Of a stretch of 59,247 nucleotides of DNA, positions 8,328 to 16,864 are shown piece by piece. Both the position numbers and the translations under genes were made by a program. The stretch is from an uncultured Candidatus Saccharibacteria bacterium. Its GTDB lineage: Bacteria; Patescibacteriota; Minisyncoccia; JACQLN01. The notes below the pieces were generated by a model, which was given only the letters and a program-made list of their open reading frames with translations, did not search any database and was not told where the DNA came from. Within the stretch, counting starts at the first letter, position 1; each line of letters opens with the position of its first letter. Where the stretch lies: NCBI GenBank assembly GCA_964365305.1, contig CAYIPG010000002.1:1-59247 (forward strand), in the 5' to 3' direction.

Positions 8328-9536
8328 ATGAAGTTTAATTATCAAGCCCGTACGCCTCAAGGCGAAGTTCAGACCGGCACAGTGGAAGCGCCCAACCGCG
8401 AGGCGGCCATAGAAACCCTTCAACGCTATCGCCTCACTATTTTGGAGATTGTCGGCGAACAAAAAGGATTATTGGCTTCTTTGGGCGGCGAACTATCTTT
8501 TATCAATCGCGTCAAGAACCAGGACATAGTTATTTTTTCGCGCCAACTGGCGGTTTTGTTTGACGCCCAAGTGCCTTTAGTTCAGGCGTTAAGAACGCTG
8601 GCGGAACAGTCACCTGTTGGGCTCAAAAAAATAATTATGGAGATTGCCTCCGATGTGGATGGCGGCACGGCTTTTTCCCAGTCGCTGGAAAAATTTCCCA
8701 AAGTGTTCTCTTTTTTTTATGTTTCAGTGACGCGGGCCGGCGAGGCCTCGGGGCGGTTGCAGGAGGTCTTAAATTATCTGGCCGATCACGAAGAAAAAAG
8801 CTACGATCTTAATAAAAAAGTAAAAGGCGCGCTTACCTATCCTATTTTTATTGTTTCGTCTTTGGTGCTGGTGGGGGCGTTGATGATGATTTTTGTGGTG
8901 CCTCAACTCACCGCGGTGTTGCAGGAATCGGGCCAAACACTGCCGCTAGTCACCCGAGTCATAATTGGCTTGAGCAATTTTCTTAAAAACTACTGGTGGT
9001 TGGGGCTTATCATAATCATCAGCGCGATCGTAGGCGGGCGATATTATCTTAAGACCCCAATGGGACAAAGAAACTGGGATAAATTAAAATTACGGCTACC
9101 TATTTTCGGCAATGTTTTTCGGAAAATTTATTTGACGCGTTTTTCGGAAAATTTAGGCACTTTAATAAAAGGCGGTATCCCCATAATCCAATCCTTAACC
9201 ATTACGGCTGATGTGGTGGGCAACGCGGTTTTTAAGGATGTTATAATGAGAGCGCGCGAAGAAGTTCGTAAAGGCAATACTATGCACTCGGTGTTTTCCA
9301 CAGAGAAGACCATGCCTATTATGGTCTCCCAAATGATCAGTATTGGCGAACAAACCGGCAAACTTGATCTGATTTTAGCCAAAATTGCCTCATTTTATCA
9401 GAAAGATGTGGATAATCTGGTAGAAAACATGGCGGAGTTGATCCAGCCGATTTTGATTTTAGTGCTGGGCGCCGCCGCCGGAATTTTAGTTGCGGCGATT
9501 TTACTTCCGATATATAATTTGAGCAGTGGACTTTAG
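8328..9536 (+). CDS. pilC: type IV pilus platform protein PilC (GspF family)
   Basis: Two T2SS-F repeats and three TM regions. Typical 400-aa length. Confidence 0.9.
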   Translation: MKFNYQARTPQGEVQTGTVEAPNREAAIETLQRYRLTILEIVGEQKGLLASLGGELSFINRVKNQDIVIFSRQLAVLFDAQVPLVQALRTLAEQSPVGLKKIIMEIASDVDGGTAFSQSLEKFPKVFSFFYVSVTRAGEASGRLQEVLNYLADHEEKSYDLNKKVKGALTYPIFIVSSLVLVGALMMIFVVPQLTAVLQESGQTLPLVTRVIIGLSNFLKNYWWLGLIIIISAIVGGRYYLKTPMGQRNWDKLKLRLPIFGNVFRKIYLTRFSENLGTLIKGGIPIIQSLTITADVVGNAVFKDVIMRAREEVRKGNTMHSVFSTEKTMPIMVSQMISIGEQTGKLDLILAKIASFYQKDVDNLVENMAELIQPILILVLGAAAGILVAAILLPIYNLSSGL

Positions 9537-9645
9537 ACGATGCCAATATACAAATTTATGCGAATGACACGAATAATTATACGAATAAAAATGCATTTGT
9601 GTATCTATTAGTATAATTCGCATGTCATTCGTAGATTAGCATCGC
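9537..9645 (+). repeat. TACGAAT-family junction cassette, copy 4
   Basis: Starts at the pilC stop. Followed by 33 nt of A/T-rich sequence before the pilin ATG. Confidence 0.88.
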
Positions 9646-9678
9646 AATTAATAAATTATAAAAAATAGATATATCCAT

Positions 9679-10143
9679 ATGAACAAATTTAGAAAGGGTT
9701 TTACTTTGGTCGAATTATTAGTCGTTATCGCTATCATCGGCATTTTGGCCTCGGTGGTGTTGGTCTCGTTAAACAGCGCTCGCGGCAAAGCCCGAGACGC
9801 CCGCAGAATTGCCGACTTGCACCAGGTGGTTTTGGCGTTAGAAAATTCTTACGATGCTAGCCAAGCATACCCAACTCAAGATACTGGAAATGTTATTCCT
9901 GCCGTTTTGGTCACAGGCGGTCAATTAACGGTTGTACCAACTGACCCAACGAACAGTGGTTCCTATATTTATACTTATAACTCATCTGGTTGTACTGTCG
10001 CTAATCAAAGCTTTACGCTCAAAGCTGTATTGGAGAATAATAATACCGCTGTTAACAGCGATGTTGATGGTACTCAATGCACTCTGGCTTGCGGTACTGG
10101 AGGGACTGCTGGTAATGAAAAGGAATATTGTATAAAACCGTAA
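9679..10143 (+). CDS. type IV pilin (prepilin with N-terminal cleavage/methylation motif)
   Basis: KGFTLVELLVVIAIIGILA class III signal. C-terminal cysteines. Confidence 0.9.
   Translation: MNKFRKGFTLVELLVVIAIIGILASVVLVSLNSARGKARDARRIADLHQVVLALENSYDASQAYPTQDTGNVIPAVLVTGGQLTVVPTDPTNSGSYIYTYNSSGCTVANQSFTLKAVLENNNTAVNSDVDGTQCTLACGTGGTAGNEKEYCIKP
9724..9828 (+). repeat. 105-nt block shared with pilin 2 (104/105 identical)
   Basis: Direct comparison of 9724-9828 with 10210-10314. The single difference is GCCGACTTG versus GCCGATTTG. Confidence 0.9.
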
Positions 10144-10158
10144 TAAATTATTTTTATC

Positions 10159-10638
10159 ATGAAAAATAAAAAATTCTCATCCGGGTTCACATTAGTAGAG
10201 TTGTTGGTGGTTATCGCTATCATCGGCATTTTGGCCTCGGTGGTGTTGGTCTCGTTAAACAGCGCTCGCGGCAAAGCCCGAGACGCCCGCAGAATTGCCG
10301 ATTTGCACCAGGTGACGCTGGCGTTGGAAAATTATAACGACACTAACCGAAACTATCCCGCGACTCTTTCGTTATTAGTGCCAACTTATATGTCGGCCTC
10401 ACCCAAAGATCCTCAAACATCCGCCGATTATAAATACGCGGCTTTGGGTTCGGGCGCGACCTGCAGTAATTATCATTTAGGAGCTGTTTTGGAAAACTCT
10501 ACCCATGCTTCTTTAACTACCGATTCTGATGCTGCGGCGGGGACTGTTTGTACCGGTAGCGACTCTGACTTTGGTGGTGGCACCACCGATTGCGCGGCTG
10601 GCGCCGGCACTGAAGCATGTTACGATGTTAAGCCGTAA
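10159..10638 (+). CDS. type IV pilin paralog 2
   Basis: SGFTLVELLVVIAIIGILA. The N-terminal block is nearly identical at the nucleotide level to pilin 1. Confidence 0.9.
   Translation: MKNKKFSSGFTLVELLVVIAIIGILASVVLVSLNSARGKARDARRIADLHQVTLALENYNDTNRNYPATLSLLVPTYMSASPKDPQTSADYKYAALGSGATCSNYHLGAVLENSTHASLTTDSDAAAGTVCTGSDSDFGGGTTDCAAGAGTEACYDVKP
10210..10314 (+). repeat. 105-nt block shared with pilin 1
   Basis: See 9724-9828. Confidence 0.9.
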
Positions 10639-10645
10639 AGTAGTT

Positions 10646-10720
10646 TTTAGGTGTTAGGGTATTAGGAAATTAGGCGGTTAGTTTTTGATCTAAAATCCTA
10701 ACTCTTAATATCCTAATTCC
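10646..10720. repeat. TTAGG/CCTAA word-repeat hairpin element (pilin 2 to pilin 3)
   Basis: TTAGGTGTTAGGGTATTAGGAAATTAGGCGGTTAG ... CTAAAATCCTAACTCTTAATATCCTAATTCC. Confidence 0.85.
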
Positions 10721-10729
10721 TGTTTCATT

Positions 10730-11170
10730 ATGATTCGTGATTCAAAAGGTTTTACCCTGGTTGAGCTTTTGGTGGTTATCGCTATTATCGGCATTCTAGC
10801 CACGGTGGCTATGGTATCTTTAAATTCAGCTAGAATAAAAGCCCGAGACACCAAAAGAGTAGCCGATATTCGGCAGATTGCTTTGGCTCTGGAATTTTGC
10901 TACAACGAAACCCAAAAATATATTCCCAGCGCTTCTTTTCCCGCCGCCGGCGCGCCCATGACTTGCGGCGGCAATACCTATATTACGACTATGCCGGCTG
11001 ATCCTAGCGGCGGGGATTATCAATATCGTGTTGATAGTGATGCCAATCCACAAAAATATGTTCTAGGAGTTGCCCTAGAAATACTGGCTAATCCTATTTT
11101 GGCTAGCAGTATTCACGGAACTGTTTTGGGACTGGATTGTGATACCCCAGTTTATTGCATTCAACCATAA
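10730..11170 (+). CDS. type IV pilin paralog 3
   Basis: KGFTLVELLVVIAIIGILA. Ends in YCIQP, like its paralogs. Confidence 0.88.
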   Translation: MIRDSKGFTLVELLVVIAIIGILATVAMVSLNSARIKARDTKRVADIRQIALALEFCYNETQKYIPSASFPAAGAPMTCGGNTYITTMPADPSGGDYQYRVDSDANPQKYVLGVALEILANPILASSIHGTVLGLDCDTPVYCIQP

Positions 11171-11175
11171 GCATA

Positions 11176-11202
11176 GGGATTAGGTGTTAGGCCGTTAGGT
11201 GG
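11176..11202. repeat. TTAGG word-repeat half element (after pilin 3)
   Basis: GGGATTAGGTGTTAGGCCGTTAGGTGG with no CCTAA partner arm. Confidence 0.7.
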
Positions 11203-11215
11203 AATATTAGAAAAT

Positions 11216-11240
11216 AGGGGTCTATTATGACCTCTTTTGT
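11216..11240 (+). terminator. intrinsic terminator after the pilin genes
   Basis: AGGGGTC-TATTAT-GACCTCT followed by TTTTGTG. Confidence 0.55.
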
Positions 11241-11259
11241 GTTATAATTTTATATAATT

Positions 11260-12009
11260 ATGACAGGCGCGTTTGCTTTTATTTTGGGTTTGGTCGGGGG
11301 CAGTTTTGTTAATGCCGTGGTGTGGCGTTTGGATAAAAACGAACGGATAGTGTGGGCTAGATCAAAATGCGTTCACTGCCATCATACCTTAGCCGCGGGC
11401 GATCTTGTTCCTTTAATAAGTTTTTTATGGTTGAATGGCCGCTGCCGCTATTGCCGAAAAAATATAAGTTGGCAATATCCAGCGGTGGAATTGGCAGCTG
11501 GTTTGGGCTTTTGGGTTATAACCCAGTCCGGTTTAAGTCCGGAGAATAAAATTTGGCTGGCCGGATTGTTTTTGATAGGACTGGTGATTTTTGTTTATGA
11601 TCTTAAATATACCCTCATTCCTAATGTTTTCATCGCGGTCGGGTTGGTTTGGACGCTGGCCGGAATTTTATTTTTAGAACCCTCGCGGCTCATTTCAGGT
11701 CTTAGCGCGGGTGTGGTTATTTCGGTCTTTTTTCTGATTTTATATCTTGTTTCCAAAGGAGCTTGGATTGGCGGTGGCGATATTAAACTGGGTTTTTTGA
11801 TGGGTTTATGGTTGGGCTGGCCGATGGCTGTGGCGGCTTTGCTTTTTTCGTATATCATTGGAGCTATTATTGGGCTTGCTTTGATTGCTATCCAAAAAGC
11901 CACATTCAAAAGCCAGATACCTTTCGGACCTTTTTTGATTACAGGAGCCGTGGCAGCTTATGTTTTCGGGAGTAGTTTATTGGAATCGTACTTCGGGTTA
12001 TTTTTATGA
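11260..12009 (+). CDS. pilD: prepilin peptidase / N-methyltransferase (A24 family)
   Basis: CVHC...CRYC zinc-finger loop, GGGDIKL aspartyl motif, multiple TM segments. Confidence 0.9.
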   Translation: MTGAFAFILGLVGGSFVNAVVWRLDKNERIVWARSKCVHCHHTLAAGDLVPLISFLWLNGRCRYCRKNISWQYPAVELAAGLGFWVITQSGLSPENKIWLAGLFLIGLVIFVYDLKYTLIPNVFIAVGLVWTLAGILFLEPSRLISGLSAGVVISVFFLILYLVSKGAWIGGGDIKLGFLMGLWLGWPMAVAALLFSYIIGAIIGLALIAIQKATFKSQIPFGPFLITGAVAAYVFGSSLLESYFGLFL

Positions 12010-12045
12010 CTATAATAGTTTTCAATTATCAGTTGCCAGTTTACA
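12010..12045. repeat. TTCAAT/TTACAAT word-repeat junction element
   Basis: TTTTCAATTATCAGTTGCCAGTTTACA followed directly by the ATG, filling pilD stop to next start. Confidence 0.6.
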
Positions 12046-12606
12046 ATGAATTTTCAATTTTCAAACAGGATTAATGATCGTGGCTTCACCCTTATAGAGG
12101 TCATTGTTGTTGTGGCGGTTATGGGTTTTTTGTCGGCTTCCATATTGTCCAGCCAAAAAAGTTCTTCGGCTCGCCGACAGTTGGGTTTGGATGTTCAAAG
12201 AGCGGTTCAGGATTTGCGCAACGCTCAAAACCTGGCGCTGTCTTCGCAGGTTTCGGTTGATTGCAGTGGTAAGGTTGTGCCCTACGGTATTGTTTTTAAC
12301 ACAGCTTTGTCTGATAGATATCTTTTAGTTGCTGATTGCAATCAAAATAATGCTTATGATTCCGGCGACGCCATTGTTCAAACAGTTTTCTTTCCAGAAA
12401 GCAGAATTAATTCTTTGCAGGCGGAAGGTGTCGGTGTGGGTTCTTTGCAGATTTTTTTTACGCCGCCCTTGCCTGCCGTTTTTGTTAATGGCGTGGTTCC
12501 TGTTTCGGTTGTACCCGCCACCAGCGCGACCTTATGTCATTTTAAACAAACGGCATTGTGCAAAACCATAAGTATAAGCTCTAAAGGGGCAATCAGCACG
12601 CAATGA
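12046..12606 (+). CDS. minor pilin (GspH/FimT-like)
   Basis: RGFTLIEVIVVVAVMG prepilin motif. Confidence 0.75.
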   Translation: MNFQFSNRINDRGFTLIEVIVVVAVMGFLSASILSSQKSSSARRQLGLDVQRAVQDLRNAQNLALSSQVSVDCSGKVVPYGIVFNTALSDRYLLVADCNQNNAYDSGDAIVQTVFFPESRINSLQAEGVGVGSLQIFFTPPLPAVFVNGVVPVSVVPATSATLCHFKQTALCKTISISSKGAISTQ

Positions 12607-13169
12607 TAAAAATCTCAAATCTCAAAAAAGCTTCAAGCTTCAAGCTCCACGATCAGGGGTTTACTTTGATAGAAGCCATTGTGGCTATCGGCGTTATTTC
12701 GGTGGGTTTTGTGGGCGCGTTGGTTATTCTTTCTAAAAGCGCTTCGCAGGCCGGTTTTTTGCGCGAAAGAATTATCGCCTCGCATTTGGCGGCCGAAGGA
12801 ATTGAAGTTATCAAAAACATCAGAGACACCAACTGGTTGGTCAACAGAGATTGGAAAGCGGGGCTGGCCGATACCCCTAACGCTATAGTTAGTTATAACA
12901 GCGGGTCGGTAATCATTGAGGCCGATTCGTCTCGTTGGTGCTTGAGTTACGGACTTGATAACGGTTTTTACAAATACAAACACAGTTATCCCTGCAACAC
13001 TATTTTCAAGCGCCATATCGTTTTAACCACAAAAACCATGGAGGCATACCCTTGGGAGACCGATCCCGAAAAATTGAAGTATCTAGAAATTCAAAGCATT
13101 GTGACTTGGCAGGAGAAAGGTCAGATCAAAACAATACAAGTAATAGATAATTTATATAATTGGAAATAA
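12603..13169 (+). CDS. minor pilin (PilV-like)
   Basis: QGFTLIEAIVAIGVIS prepilin motif. 4-nt overlap with the upstream gene. Confidence 0.75.
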   Translation: MIKISNLKKASSFKLHDQGFTLIEAIVAIGVISVGFVGALVILSKSASQAGFLRERIIASHLAAEGIEVIKNIRDTNWLVNRDWKAGLADTPNAIVSYNSGSVIIEADSSRWCLSYGLDNGFYKYKHSYPCNTIFKRHIVLTTKTMEAYPWETDPEKLKYLEIQSIVTWQEKGQIKTIQVIDNLYNWK

Positions 13170-13210
13170 ATACGAAACCAATCCCGAAGGGATGCCTTCG
13201 GCATATACGA
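13170..13210 (+). repeat. miniature TACGAA junction element with a central GC hairpin
   Basis: ATACGAAACCAAT-CCCGAAGG-GATG-CCTTCGGC-ATATACGA, then the ATG (ATACGAATG spans the start codon), between two minor pilin genes. Confidence 0.7.
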
Positions 13211-13723
13211 ATGAAAACGAATAATGTGAATAATTCAAAATTAGGGTTCACGCTCATAGAACTTCTTGTGGCTATGGCGGTTTTTAGCACAGTGGTGGTG
13301 ATGGTCAGCAGTATTTTTGTGAGCGTGATGGGCTCGCAAAGAAAAAATGTGAACAATCAGGAAGTAATAGACAACGCTCGCTTTGTTTTGGAAAGCATTG
13401 GCCGTTCGGTTCGCCAGAGCCAGGTGCAAAGTCCTAATGGCACTTCCTCAAATTTGACTTTGAATCATCCTATTAAAGGTATTTTTACTTATGGTCTAAA
13501 CGGCGGCCAAGTTTTAGAAAGTGGTGTAGCTTTAAGCTCCAGTAATGTTTTTGTGGACCGTTTGGATTTTACCGTAAGCGGTTTCGGCGATGATCAGATT
13601 CAGCCGCGGGTTACAATTGTAATTTCTCTAAGGATCAGTAATCAGCCAGTGGGCGGCGATAGCGCTATGAATTTACAAACCACTATTACGCCCAGTAATT
13701 TAGATATTGTTACGGGATTATAA
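13211..13723 (+). CDS. minor pilin (PilW-like)
   Basis: LGFTLIELLVAMAVFS prepilin motif. ATG 13211 preferred, because the track start 13160 runs through a repeat-derived junction. Confidence 0.72.
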   Translation: MKTNNVNNSKLGFTLIELLVAMAVFSTVVVMVSSIFVSVMGSQRKNVNNQEVIDNARFVLESIGRSVRQSQVQSPNGTSSNLTLNHPIKGIFTYGLNGGQVLESGVALSSSNVFVDRLDFTVSGFGDDQIQPRVTIVISLRISNQPVGGDSAMNLQTTITPSNLDIVTGL

Positions 13724-13728
13724 AACAT

Positions 13729-14109
13729 ATGAATAACAAAGGTATCGCATTATTAGTTACACTAATTTTATTGGGTACGATTATCGCCACGGTTTTAAGT
13801 ATTTCTGTTTTGATAACCAGCGAGACCAAAATTACCCGTTTGGTGGATGATTCTGTTATGGCGGTTTATGCCGCGGACGCCGGTATGGAAAAAATGTTTT
13901 ACGCTTGTTCGGGCGACAGCGCCAAAATAACTCCTCCGCCGGATGGCCAGGCGTCTTTTACTAATAACAATATTGGCAATCTCGCTAGTTATATAGTTTG
14001 TATGGATAATAACAGCAGTGATCCTTGTACTAATACTTGCGCTGACGCTAAAGTTAGAAGCCGGGGGCAGTTTGGCGCAACCAGGAGGTCTTTTGAAGCG
14101 GATTACTAG
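13729..14109 (+). CDS. PilX-like minor pilus protein
   Basis: N-terminal KGIALLVTLILLGTII hydrophobic helix without the G-F/E motif. Last gene of the pilin row. Confidence 0.6.
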   Translation: MNNKGIALLVTLILLGTIIATVLSISVLITSETKITRLVDDSVMAVYAADAGMEKMFYACSGDSAKITPPPDGQASFTNNNIGNLASYIVCMDNNSSDPCTNTCADAKVRSRGQFGATRRSFEADY

Positions 14110-14116
14110 TAAAAAT

Positions 14117-16159
14117 ATGACTAAGCGGGAAGCCCAAGCATATATCATTAAGCTAAAAGCGGAGATTAATCATCACCGCTATCTTTATCATGTGTTGGAT
14201 AAAGAGGAGATTTCTCCAAGCGCTTTAGATGCTCTAAAGCGTGAACTTTTTAAACTGGAGCGGGAGTTTCCTGATTTAATAACTCCTGATTCTCCTAGTC
14301 AGCGGGTTGCGGGAAAGGTCTTGCCGTTTTTTAAAAAAGTTACGCACGCGGCGCCGATGCTTTCGTTGGAGGATGTTTTTAATGAGGTTGAATTTTCCGA
14401 GTGGCTGGCTCGCATATCAAAACTGGTGCCCAATGAGAAACTGTATTTTTTTGGCGAACTAAAAATAGACGGTTTCGCGGTTTCTTTGGTTTATAAAAAA
14501 GGAATTCTAGAAACCGGTTCCACTCGAGGCGATGGCCGAACCGGCGAAGATGTAACCAATAATATAAAGACCATAGAAGCGATACCCTTAAGTTTAGTTG
14601 AAATCAGAAAAGCGGATATTGATAAACTTGGACTTGATTATAACCATGTTAATAAGGCTATAGAATCGGGCGATCTAGAAATAAGAGGCGAGGTGTTTAT
14701 GACCAAGGCCTCTTTTAACAAGATCAATATTGAACAAAAAAGGTTGAACCTTCCTGAATATTCCAATCCTAGAAACACCGCTGCCGGCAGTATCAGGCAG
14801 TTGGATCCTCAACTAGCCGCTCGACGCAATTTGGATTTTTTGGCTTACGATATAGTAACTGATTTAGGCCAAGAGACCCATTCACGGGAGCATGCTTTGT
14901 TAAGACATTTGGGTTTTAAAACCGATAGTGAAGCCGAGCAACTGGGCAGTTCCCAAGCGGTGTCCAGTTTTTGGCAGAGGGCTCAAAAGAAAAGAGAAAA
15001 ATTGCCCTGGGAAATAGACGGTGTTGTTATTTCGGTAAACAATAACCAAATTTTTTCGCGTTTGGGCGTGGTGGGTAAAACGCCGCGAGGTATGGTAGCT
15101 TTTAAGTTTCCAGGTAAAGAAGCCACCACCAAAGTTGCTAATATTATTATCCAGGTCGGCCGGACCGGCGTCTTAACTCCAGTGGCAATTTTGGAGCCGG
15201 TGGATATTAACGGCGTCACAGTAACTCGGGCTACCTTGCATAATGAAGACGAAATTCGGCGTTTAGATATTCGGGTGGGCGATACAGTTATTGTTCAGCG
15301 AGCCGGTGATGTAATTCCTAATGTGGTCGCGGTTTTAAAAAATCTTCGTCCCAAAAATGCCAAACAGTTTCACTTTCCTAAAAGGTGTCCGGTTTGCGGC
15401 GGCGAGATTATTCGCTTCTCGGGCGAGGCGGCGCATAAGTGCGTTAATAAAAATTGCCCGGCCAAGAAGAGAGAAAATCTATATCATTTTGTTTCCAAAC
15501 GAGCTTTTAATATTGTGGGTTTAGGACCGGAAATAATAGATAAATTGGCGGATGCCGGTTTGATTAAAGACGCGGCTGATATATTTAAGTTAAAACCGGA
15601 AAATATAATTGAACTAGAAGGATTTGCCGAGGTCTCCGCAAAAAAGTTAGTTGGCTCAATCCAAAAATCAAAAAAGATAACACTCGCCCGATTTATTTAT
15701 TCTTTAGGCATAATTCAGGTGGGTGAAGAAACCGCCAATTTGCTCGCCCTTTATTTTGGCAACTGGGAAAATTTAGCGCGGGCATCGTCAGAGGAATTAG
15801 AAAAAATTCCGGGCGTTGGCTCGGCCGCTTCAACAAGTATTACGGCCTGGTTTAGCAATAAAAATAATAAGGACTTGGTGAAGCGGTTAACAAACAATAG
15901 TGTTGAAATTGAGTCAGTCAAACGCCTTAGCCAAAAACTAACAGGCCAAACCTTTGTTTTTACCGGCGCTTTGGACACAATTAGCCGCGACGACGCCAAA
16001 GAAAAAGTTCGCCTGATGGGCGGGGATGTTTCCGCTTCTGTTTCCAAAGAAACCGATTATGTGGTAGCCGGCGCCGAACCCGGTTCTAAATTTGATAAAG
16101 CCACCAAACTCGGCGTCAAAATAATTTCCGAAAAAGAGTTCTTAAATTTAATAAAATAA
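14117..16159 (+). CDS. ligA: NAD-dependent DNA ligase
   Basis: Adenylation motif ELKIDG, CPVCGG...C zinc finger, HhH and C-terminal BRCT-like region. ATG 14117 (MTKREAQ...) preferred over track start 14018, which overlaps the previous gene. Confidence 0.95.
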   Translation: MTKREAQAYIIKLKAEINHHRYLYHVLDKEEISPSALDALKRELFKLEREFPDLITPDSPSQRVAGKVLPFFKKVTHAAPMLSLEDVFNEVEFSEWLARISKLVPNEKLYFFGELKIDGFAVSLVYKKGILETGSTRGDGRTGEDVTNNIKTIEAIPLSLVEIRKADIDKLGLDYNHVNKAIESGDLEIRGEVFMTKASFNKINIEQKRLNLPEYSNPRNTAAGSIRQLDPQLAARRNLDFLAYDIVTDLGQETHSREHALLRHLGFKTDSEAEQLGSSQAVSSFWQRAQKKREKLPWEIDGVVISVNNNQIFSRLGVVGKTPRGMVAFKFPGKEATTKVANIIIQVGRTGVLTPVAILEPVDINGVTVTRATLHNEDEIRRLDIRVGDTVIVQRAGDVIPNVVAVLKNLRPKNAKQFHFPKRCPVCGGEIIRFSGEAAHKCVNKNCPAKKRENLYHFVSKRAFNIVGLGPEIIDKLADAGLIKDAADIFKLKPENIIELEGFAEVSAKKLVGSIQKSKKITLARFIYSLGIIQVGEETANLLALYFGNWENLARASSEELEKIPGVGSAASTSITAWFSNKNNKDLVKRLTNNSVEIESVKRLSQKLTGQTFVFTGALDTISRDDAKEKVRLMGGDVSASVSKETDYVVAGAEPGSKFDKATKLGVKIISEKEFLNLIK

Positions 16160-16188
16160 AATTATCAAACACCGAGTGTTTGATAATT
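16160..16188. repeat. 29-bp perfect palindrome AATTATCAAACAC-CGA-GTGTTTGATAATT
   Basis: Lies exactly between the ligA stop and the stop of the Y1 gene. Confidence 0.9.
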
Positions 16189-16864
16189 AAAGTTCATCAT
16201 CTATATCTATTCTGTATTTTTCTTCTAAACTTTCCTTAGCGCTACTTTTTTTGATAAAATCGTGATACTTGTAATTTTCGCTAAATTGACCAGTTATAAT
16301 ACCAGGAACCAGTAGTTGTCCCCACCTATTTGTCTCTAAATAATCTTGATAACTTGACCACTCATAATTATGTTCTCTGTTTTTCCAATGTTTTAATCCC
16401 CTTGGGTTTTTGTGTATATAAGCAGAAAGATGAAGAAGTTGGAGGTTGTCATTAATATGTACAGCTTTAAAAGGACCTTGAAATAGATGGCCTATTTTGC
16501 GGTATTTGGTATTAAAGTATTTTGTATATGCATTCTGCACTCGTTGCATATAGTCGGATATACCGTTGTCTTTTATCTCTTTCACAATGATATGAAAATG
16601 GTTTGGCATTAGTGTAAAACCAATTAGATTAACCATCTTGTCTTTCATAAATTTATCGATCCCCTTAATTTTATTAAACACTCGGTGTTTAATAAAATGG
16701 GTTACATTGTAGCCAATATTGTTAAAAGATTGTTCGGATTGCAGATGTAAAATAAGAAAAAGGAATCTAACATAATCTCTTTCGTTTGTGAAAATATTTT
16801 GTTTATTATTACCTCTGTTGAATATATGGAAATGTTCTCCGGGAGCAAATTTAGTTTTCCTCAT
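16187..16864 (-). CDS. IS200/RAYT-like HUH-Y1 transposase-family protein
   Basis: HUH motif LMPNHFHIIV and C-terminal YIHKNP tyrosine motif. Flanked by matching palindromes. Confidence 0.8.
   Translation of the reverse strand: MRKTKFAPGEHFHIFNRGNNKQNIFTNERDYVRFLFLILHLQSEQSFNNIGYNVTHFIKHRVFNKIKGIDKFMKDKMVNLIGFTLMPNHFHIIVKEIKDNGISDYMQRVQNAYTKYFNTKYRKIGHLFQGPFKAVHINDNLQLLHLSAYIHKNPRGLKHWKNREHNYEWSSYQDYLETNRWGQLLVPGIITGQFSENYKYHDFIKKSSAKESLEEKYRIDIDDEL
16669..16697. repeat. 29-bp perfect palindrome TTTTATTAAACAC-TCG-GTGTTTAATAAAA inside the Y1 CDS
   Basis: Encodes FIKHRVFNK. Same AAACAC/GTGTTT core as the flanking palindrome. Confidence 0.9.

Noticed and set aside
3272-9645. Could the recurring TACGAAT cassettes of about 100 bp be a CRISPR array or its remnants?
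   Set aside because: The copies are separated by whole genes of 0.3-1.7 kb, not by 25-50 bp spacers. The repeat unit is about 100 bp and internally variable, and no cas1 or effector genes are present. The only Cas2-like domains are fused to wHTH and lie elsewhere.
14018-14116. Long N-terminal extension of ligA overlapping the PilX-like gene
   Set aside because: The extension has no LigA similarity and overlaps the upstream CDS by 92 nt. MTKREAQAYI... at 14117 matches the usual LigA N-terminus.
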